Source of the DNA: Candidatus Saccharimonadota bacterium
GTDB lineage: Bacteria; Patescibacteriota; Saccharimonadia; Saccharimonadales; Saccharimonadaceae
DNA length: 64,000 nucleotides
Reading direction: 5' to 3'
Assembly (NCBI GenBank): GCA_017431945.1
Contig: JAFRJZ010000005.1
Coordinates: forward strand, 14,259-78,258
A program made the translations under genes and the position numbers. The notes under the pieces were generated by a model. The model saw only the letters and a list, made by a program, of their open reading frames with translations. It had not been told where the DNA came from and searched no databases. This document shows positions 53,997 through 59,763 of the stretch, one piece after another (position 1 is the first letter of the stretch; each line of letters opens with the position of its first letter).

Positions 53997-55022
53997 TTAG
54001 CGGCCAGTAGAATCGGCTTTAGCGTGCTCGACCATTAATTTGATGGAATTAGATGCGTTAATAACTTCGAGTTTGATATTTGGGTGAGAAATGTTAAAGA
54101 CCCGAAAGATTTCGTCGGCAAAGGCTTGACCGATAACGTTGATACCAGCGAAATCAAAGATGATTTTTTTGTATTTTTCGAGACCGGCGAGAAGCTTCTT
54201 GGCCTGAGAGCGAGAAATCCAAATGTCGCCTTCTTCGAAGAGCCTAACGGGGATGATGGTAGTGTCGATGGTAGTATGTTGGTGGTCGAGTGAAAATTCG
54301 CGAAAGAGTTCTTGTAGAGATTTGGTGGTGTGAACATTGATTTCAAAATATACTTCGGTGCCGATTATCGGCTCGGTGAGTTCAGAGATGGTGTAATCGT
54401 CTAAACTGTTGGCGATGGCGAGTTTTAAGTCGTAACTTTTAAGTTCGAAGTAATCAGCTACCTTGGATGTCCAGAAGATGCCTTCACCAGAGTGCCAGCG
54501 TGGTGCGGTGGTGAATTTGCCTTTGACAAGCTCGAGGATGGCGTCGGTTTCGGAGTTTAAGTGCTTTTTAGTCATGATATTCCTAAAAACGCCGATGCCG
54601 CTATCTTTGACAATGAATTTGAGGGTGTCGTCTTCGAGCCAGATTTTGACATAGCCGAACCCAGATCGAGAGTGGTCGATGGCGTTATTAAGCATCTCGG
54701 TGAAGGCGAAATATAAAATGTTGGTGGCGTTCTCGGAAATGTTATCTAGAAAATTGGTGCTTCTGATAAGTTTTTTCCAGATTTCGTCTTCGTGGAGACC
54801 GGGTAGCTTGAGGTTTTCTTCGAGGGCGATGATTTTATCTGAGACGAAATAAATTACTTCTCGGCCGTGCTTTTCTTTACGTACTTTGCCTTCGGCGATG
54901 AGAGTAGCGAGGTTTTTGCTCACGTATGTACGATTACCGACAGGGGCTTTTTGGCTAATTTGTAGCGCTGAGAGGCCGGGATTATTCGAAAGGATTTCGT
55001 AGATTTTGTCTTTATAGGTCAT
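53997..55022 (-). CDS. HTH + histidine-kinase-like ATPase (HATPase_c) + STAS-like (DUF4325-type) protein
   Basis: N-terminal wHTH (IYEILSNNPGLSALQISQKA...), N-box TEMLNNAIDHS, G1 box VKDSGIGV, and a C-terminal ...IIFDFAGINVIGQAFADEIFRVF typical of DUF4325. Confidence 0.65.
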   Translation of the reverse strand: MTYKDKIYEILSNNPGLSALQISQKAPVGNRTYVSKNLATLIAEGKVRKEKHGREVIYFVSDKIIALEENLKLPGLHEDEIWKKLIRSTNFLDNISENATNILYFAFTEMLNNAIDHSRSGFGYVKIWLEDDTLKFIVKDSGIGVFRNIMTKKHLNSETDAILELVKGKFTTAPRWHSGEGIFWTSKVADYFELKSYDLKLAIANSLDDYTISELTEPIIGTEVYFEINVHTTKSLQELFREFSLDHQHTTIDTTIIPVRLFEEGDIWISRSQAKKLLAGLEKYKKIIFDFAGINVIGQAFADEIFRVFNISHPNIKLEVINASNSIKLMVEHAKADSTGR

Positions 55023-55090
55023 GTATACATATTAACAAATATGTATAGTTTTGTCAAGGATATGTATAGATTATGTATAGTTTATGTGAG
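55021..55090. promoter_or_regulatory. Direct-repeat array (atgtatag x3 plus two variants) in the divergent region upstream of the HTH-HATPase gene
   Basis: atgtatag at 55041, 55062 and 55073. atgtatac at 55021 overlaps the start codon. tatgtgag lies at 55083. Confidence 0.4.
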
Positions 55091-55107
55091 TTTTTAGTAA
55101 ATGGGCA

Positions 55108-55435
55108 TAGCGGCACCACCAGCACCAACTCCTTTGGCGCTCTCTCCTTGGCCTATGGTGGTTCTGGTTGGAATCAGACTGATATGGCGGTTAATCAACG
55201 TTTCCGTGCTTATCCTAATAATTTCCTCTTTTCCGGCTACGTTAACGGTTCCTCGGTGACCAACCGTGGCTCGCTCGGGGACTGGTGGGCTAAGTCGGCG
55301 TACTCGGCTCCGAACGCGTACAACTTGTACCTGGGCGGCACTGGCAACGTCGGCCCGTCCGGCGGCAACCATAAGTGGGTCGGATTCACGGCGCGCTGCC
55401 TTGCTGGCTCGTAGCTGAGGGGGTGGCTGGGGGTT
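55108..55435 (+). repeat. Hypervariable repeat copy 2
   Basis: It lies within track ORF 55073..55414. The variable core is 55238-55381. The conserved flanks match copies 1 and 3. Confidence 0.75.
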
Positions 55436-55484
55436 GAATAGAAAAGGTCTTGTTATATTTTGGCAATTGTGATATAATAAGGGT

Positions 55485-55558
55485 AGAGGAAGTCAGCCCG
55501 AAAAGTGTCCGTATGGACGCCTGCTCGAAAGAGATAGGGCTGATTTCATTTTATTTTT
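55485..55558 (+). ncRNA. Candidate ~75-nt structured transcript
   Basis: A TGaTATAAT promoter lies at 55470-55478 with no plus-strand gene downstream. The stem tcagccc (55493-55499) / gggctga (55537-55543) encloses an inner gtcc-gtat-ggac hairpin and is followed by tttcattttattttt. Confidence 0.3.
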
Positions 55559-56183
55559 GGTTTATGCGCTTTATCTTAATGATTTTATTCTTAATAATGT
55601 CAATATAGACTTTGGCATCTGTTTTGTCTGTCATTGAACGGTTAATGGAACCAGCGATTAGGTCGGCTAGCTGAATTAGATTATCTTCTGTTGAGTCTTC
55701 GAATTTAATTGTGATTTTCTTCACGCCATTTCTATTGATTTCGCGACGAAGATAGGTCGCGGTTTTGCGCATGTTTTGTTTGCTTGAGCGCCCGTCAATC
55801 TCAATCTTGGCTTCTTCTATTGGGATTATGTCTAAGAGCTCTTTAATCGTCCAGTCGTAGAGTTTCTGCTTATCGATGATGGCGGATGTCTGGCGAAAGC
55901 TGGCTTTATCAACATAAGTGGCATAGATCTGAAAGTCATATTCAGAAATGATTTTTAGAAGGTCTGCGATAATATCTTTGCGTATTTTGGTAAACTTGAA
56001 TTCGTAATCGTTGCGCCACCCAAGGGACTCGCGATATTTTGTAATGCGCTCTGATAACGACATTGCTATTTCGGGATCAATAAAAAGTGCGGCCGCTATG
56101 ACAAAATTGCTACTAGAGGCTTTTTTAAACCCTGGATCCCCTGAATCGTCTATGAATATCAGCTGTTTGCTCATTGTTAGCAA
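55551..56183 (-). CDS. DUF3800-family protein
   Basis: The N-terminus LIFIDDSGDPGF and the C-terminal ...LIQLADLIAG... are the DUF3800 hallmarks. Confidence 0.7.
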   Translation of the reverse strand: MLTMSKQLIFIDDSGDPGFKKASSSNFVIAAALFIDPEIAMSLSERITKYRESLGWRNDYEFKFTKIRKDIIADLLKIISEYDFQIYATYVDKASFRQTSAIIDKQKLYDWTIKELLDIIPIEEAKIEIDGRSSKQNMRKTATYLRREINRNGVKKITIKFEDSTEDNLIQLADLIAGSINRSMTDKTDAKVYIDIIKNKIIKIKRINQK

Positions 56184-56213
56184 TTATAGCATATGTATTT
56201 ATTAAAAATACTA

Positions 56214-56540
56214 TAGTGGCACCACCAGCACCAACTCCTTTGGCGCTCTCTCCTTGGCCTATGGTGGTTCTGGTTGGAGTCAGACTGATATGGCGGTTAA
56301 TCAACGTTTTCGTGCTTATCCTAATAATTTCCTCTTTTCCGGCAGCGTTAACGGGTCCTCGGTGCTCAACCGTGGCTCGCGCGGGCGCTGGTGGGCTAAG
56401 TTGGCACTCTCAGCTCCGAACGCTTACGACTTGGGCCTGGACGGCGATGGCTACGTCGGCCCGTCCCTCAACACCCGTAAGTGGTACGGATTCACGGCGC
56501 GCTGCCTTGCTGGCTCGTAGCTGAGGGGTGGGTGGAGTGA
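56214..56540 (+). repeat. Hypervariable repeat copy 3
   Basis: It includes track ORF 56254..56520. The variable core is 56344-56487. An in-frame taa lies 4 codons upstream of the homology boundary. Confidence 0.75.
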
Positions 56541-56627
56541 GATAAAACTAATAAAGTTTTAGCTAAATAGTAGAATGTAAATATTAGGTTGTGCTATAAT
56601 TACTGCAAAGCATTTAAAGGAGATATT

Positions 56628-58595
56628 ATGGAGAATGACTCAACAAGTAGTGCCCGACATGAAGAACAACCTGAAGACCTACCATCATCCACTCTTTCGG
56701 ATTTACCAGATTACGAAGAACACATAGCAGAATTAAAACGAGGCTCCAAAGTCCTTTCAAGTACCAGCTATGAAAGTCGTCACAAAAGTGTAGAATCTAG
56801 TTTCAATAAAGCTCGTAAGCAAGGCGAGAAGCTCCCAGGTAAGAATAACGAACGTCGTAATTATAGCTACCTTAGTCGTCTAGAACAATTAATCGCTAAA
56901 CATGGTAATCCTATAGAAAAGAAACTTTGGAAGGAATCTAGCCGCAGATTAATCATACAGGAAGATGAGATTCCAGAAAGCTATTGGCGATCCCAAGAGC
57001 AAATACTGCGAGACGAGGGGCACGGTGATTATGGCATAGATAGAGTTGCCAAGACGGCAGAAATACAAAGATTACAAGAAGAGTCTTTAGCATCTTGGGC
57101 TAATTATCTCGGCAGCGAGAACTCTCCTTATCCCACATGGTTTAAGGTTTATGCCTGGGATGGTATGAGCAAGATGGGCGTCTTTGACAAGGATAAACAA
57201 CAATTTGCAAAGCGTGATAAACACACCGTAGCTCCTTATCCTAAGCTGAATCCAGCTGTACTAGCTAAAACTTACGGCCTAGTTAAAGACTTCTATGATC
57301 AACCAGACAATGATAGACATCATCAAGAAAGATCTGCAGAAGACGCTGAGCTAGAAGCTCTCGTTAAGTCTGGTAATTTCAATAAACTCTATTCCAAGAT
57401 CCTATTAAGTGAAAAAGCTATCCCCAAGACCCCAGAAAGGACCGAGGATGTTCATGGTGAATGGGTAGAATACTTACCAGGTGAAGAAGAACATCTCGCT
57501 AGTGCTGCCGAAGGTACCCCTTGGTGTATCGCAGATTCTGGTACTGGACGTAACTATCTAAAATATGGCAATTATGGAGGCTATTATGAATATAATGGTC
57601 CTGGAAACAACAGTGCCAGCAATCAGGCTAAATTCATTCTCTTCCATTTACAAAACCCAGAAACCAATACTTTATCCGAATCAGCCTGTGCTTCAATTCG
57701 TCTAGGCACCGATGGCAGAGTCGCCGAAATCTCTGGGCTAAATGAAGGACAAGCTCTAGAAGATTCGCTAGTACCAATCGTAGAAGAAAAAGTACGCTCA
57801 CTACCTGGTGGCGAAGATTTTCTTGAGGCCTTCGCAGATAAGAAACAGTTAATAGCCTTAGATCGTAAGATGCAAAACAACGAAGACCTAACAAAAGAAG
57901 AATTAGAATTTATCTATGAAATAAATCGTCCCATTAAAACTCTTGATACCTATAACAAAAGCGACCCTAGAATTCCTGAACTACGCCAAAAATATGGAAT
58001 TGGATATGCCCTAGACCATGGGGTTAATATTGATGGCCTTGTCTCGCAATTAGACTCCCATCAAATAGCCAAAAACCTAGACGCTCTCCTAGACCATGGA
58101 GCTAATATTGACAACCTTGTCTCGCAATTACTGCCCCATCAAATAGCCTTTAACCTAGACACCCTCCTAGACCATGGAGCAAATATTAATATTAACGACC
58201 TTGTCTCGCAATTACTGCCCCATCAAATAGCCAAAAACCTAGACGCTCTTCTAGACCATGGAGCTAATATTAATATTAACAACCTCATCTCTTATTATTT
58301 GGACTCATATGATATAGTCTATAACCTAGACACCCTCTTAGACCATGGGGCTAATATTGATGGCCTTGTCTCGCAATTAGGCCCCTATATGATAGCCAAG
58401 AACCTAGACGCTCTCCTAGACCATGGAGCTAATATTAACAACCTCATCTCTCGTTTGGACTCATATGGTATAGTCTATAACCTAGACACCCTCCTAGACC
58501 ACGGAGCAAATATTGATAACCTTGTTTCACGTTTAGACCCTGATGATGTACTCAAACATCGCGAAACCCTTATTAAACACGGAGCCAACATCTGA
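56628..58595 (+). CDS. Large hypothetical protein with a C-terminal array of 26-29-aa tandem repeats
   Basis: The start is set at MENDSTSS (SD aaaggag; TGcTATAAT promoter at 56592-56600). The last ~195 aa contain about 7.5 repeats of LLDHGANI(D/N)xLVSQLxxxxIAxNLDx. The N-terminal ~460 aa are unrecognised. Confidence 0.6.
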   Translation: MENDSTSSARHEEQPEDLPSSTLSDLPDYEEHIAELKRGSKVLSSTSYESRHKSVESSFNKARKQGEKLPGKNNERRNYSYLSRLEQLIAKHGNPIEKKLWKESSRRLIIQEDEIPESYWRSQEQILRDEGHGDYGIDRVAKTAEIQRLQEESLASWANYLGSENSPYPTWFKVYAWDGMSKMGVFDKDKQQFAKRDKHTVAPYPKLNPAVLAKTYGLVKDFYDQPDNDRHHQERSAEDAELEALVKSGNFNKLYSKILLSEKAIPKTPERTEDVHGEWVEYLPGEEEHLASAAEGTPWCIADSGTGRNYLKYGNYGGYYEYNGPGNNSASNQAKFILFHLQNPETNTLSESACASIRLGTDGRVAEISGLNEGQALEDSLVPIVEEKVRSLPGGEDFLEAFADKKQLIALDRKMQNNEDLTKEELEFIYEINRPIKTLDTYNKSDPRIPELRQKYGIGYALDHGVNIDGLVSQLDSHQIAKNLDALLDHGANIDNLVSQLLPHQIAFNLDTLLDHGANININDLVSQLLPHQIAKNLDALLDHGANININNLISYYLDSYDIVYNLDTLLDHGANIDGLVSQLGPYMIAKNLDALLDHGANINNLISRLDSYGIVYNLDTLLDHGANIDNLVSRLDPDDVLKHRETLIKHGANI

Positions 58596-58635
58596 CCTTA
58601 GATTCTCATTTTTAAACTATTTGCTGTAATATAGG

Positions 58636-58680
58636 CACGATTGCCGACAGGGGCTTTTTGACTAATTTGTAGGGCTGGTA
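58636..58680 (-). pseudogene. Remnant of a paralog of the HTH-HATPase gene (5' fragment only)
   Basis: acgattgccgacaggggctttttgactaatttgtagggctg is ~90% identical to 54930-54972 (acgattaccgacaggggctttttggctaatttgtagcgctg), the wHTH-coding part of 53997..55022. Confidence 0.6.
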
Positions 58681-58743
58681 TAGTTTAGGTTGTGGACTTG
58701 GCGAAAAAAGAGCACAAAATTTAAAATGTTGTATAATAAAGAT

Positions 58744-59121
58744 ATGAGCAGTATTTTTAGTAAAATCATTATGGGTGAAATTCCCTGTTATAAAATCTAT
58801 GAAGATGATAAGACCTTGGCGTTTTTGGACATTAACCCGGAGGTGATGGGGCATGTGCTGGTGGTGCCGAAAGTGGAGGTGGACAAGATTTATGACCTGA
58901 GTGACGAAGATTATCAGGCGCTGATGGCGACGGTGAAGAAGTTGGCGAAGCATATGGAGGAGGTGCTGGGTGCGCGAACGCTGATGAAGGTAGTGGGGAC
59001 GGATGTGCCGCATGCGCATGTGCACTTGACGCCACTAGATGAAAAATGGGAATATGGGAAGACTTTGAAGCCAACAGAAGCTGAAATGCAAGAAATGGTA
59101 GAGAAGCTGGCACTAAAATAG
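58744..59121 (+). CDS. HIT-family (histidine triad) hydrolase
   Basis: MSSIFSKIIMGEIPCYKIYEDDKTLAFLDINP... and the triad HAHVHLTP. The ATG at 58744 lies 6 nt after TATAAT (58732-58737). Confidence 0.85.
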   Translation: MSSIFSKIIMGEIPCYKIYEDDKTLAFLDINPEVMGHVLVVPKVEVDKIYDLSDEDYQALMATVKKLAKHMEEVLGARTLMKVVGTDVPHAHVHLTPLDEKWEYGKTLKPTEAEMQEMVEKLALK

Positions 59122-59260
59122 GTGTATTTCGCGAATTTTGGGGGATTAGAGCGATTTTTGGCATAAACATGAAAGGGTATAAAAAAGGGTAAAGGCCCGC
59201 GGTACATGAATTCGCGAGCCTTTTGAAAGGAGTGTGACTGTGGTATGATGTAGCTTAAAT

Positions 59261-59635
59261 TTAAGCAGCATACACATATTCGGGAAGAGTCTGAGTAAGG
59301 AGCTTCTCTAATTTGAGAATGAACTTACCAGCTTCGGCAGAATCAAACTCATTAATGTCTTTTCTGAATAAAAGAGTGAGTTTGCCATTTTCTTTGGCGG
59401 TGAATTCTTCGAAGTTTTGATTGTTTGGGTCGGGAGTGACTTGCAAGACTTGATTGGTGCCACAGAAAACTTTGGCACGTAACAACTCCCAACTAGTGGC
59501 GCCGATATCGCAACGGACGCCTGGACGACAACGGATGACGAGGTAAAAATCTTTGCCGTGAGACAAAAGTTCAAGAAAGAAATTTTCTTTGTGGCGCTGA
59601 TTCCACCCCTGGATGTAATAATTAACTCTCTCCAT
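59261..59635 (-). CDS. Hypothetical protein (124 aa)
   Basis: A clean ORF with a plausible SD (ggagag). No family recognised. Confidence 0.45.
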   Translation of the reverse strand: MERVNYYIQGWNQRHKENFFLELLSHGKDFYLVIRCRPGVRCDIGATSWELLRAKVFCGTNQVLQVTPDPNNQNFEEFTAKENGKLTLLFRKDINEFDSAEAGKFILKLEKLLTQTLPEYVYAA

Positions 59636-59748
59636 AATACAATCTCCTCTGAAAGGTGCATAAGATATAACTAGTTAAGTGCGGCAATAACTTACTCTAT
59701 GATTATAACATGAATAAATGAGGAAGGGAAGGTGGTGTGGTGGCGGTG

Positions 59749-59757
59749 TGATATAAT
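59749..59757 (+). promoter_or_regulatory. Extended -10 promoter (TGaTATAAT), 6 nt upstream of the valS ATG
   Basis: tga-tataat, then gagggt, then the ATG at 59764. Confidence 0.55.
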
Positions 59758-59763
59758 GAGGGT

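Larger units (their letters stand above)
44031..58690. mobile_element. Probable integrated genomic island (~14.6 kb) next to tRNA-Arg
   Basis: It has a serine integrase at the tRNA and accessory or defence-type cargo (Type III RM, Fic TA, DUF3800, hypervariable repeats), and a gene remnant lies at the right edge (58636-58680). Housekeeping genes resume at 58744. The boundaries are inferred; no att repeats were identified. Confidence 0.5.

Noticed and set aside
56174-56524. A 116-aa alternative-frame ORF across hypervariable repeat copy 3, together with the shared ATGGGCATA start strings at 53602 and 55101. These suggest that the +1 frame (MGIAAPPAPTPLALSPWPMVVLVG...) is the real gene.
   Set aside because: The variable codons show strict position 1-2 variation with a fixed third C only in the ...GFTARCLAGS frame. 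In copies 1 and 2 the alternative frame stops (CGG TGA) inside the variable core, and it stays open in copy 3 only because of a variable base. It is noted as unexplained but is not called as a CDS.
53641-56540. That one of the three repeats is the DGR template repeat, or that an RT or Avd gene lies between them.
   Set aside because: No copy has AAC or A at all the variable sites. The intervening ORFs are an HTH-HATPase-STAS protein and a DUF3800 protein. No ORF in the window shows RT motifs such as YxDD.
58009-58595. Calling the C-terminal repeats of the large island protein (56628..58595) ankyrin repeats because of the LLDHGANI core.
   Set aside because: The repeat period is 26-29 aa, not 33, and the TPLH-type first helix is missing. 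They are left as an unassigned tandem repeat.
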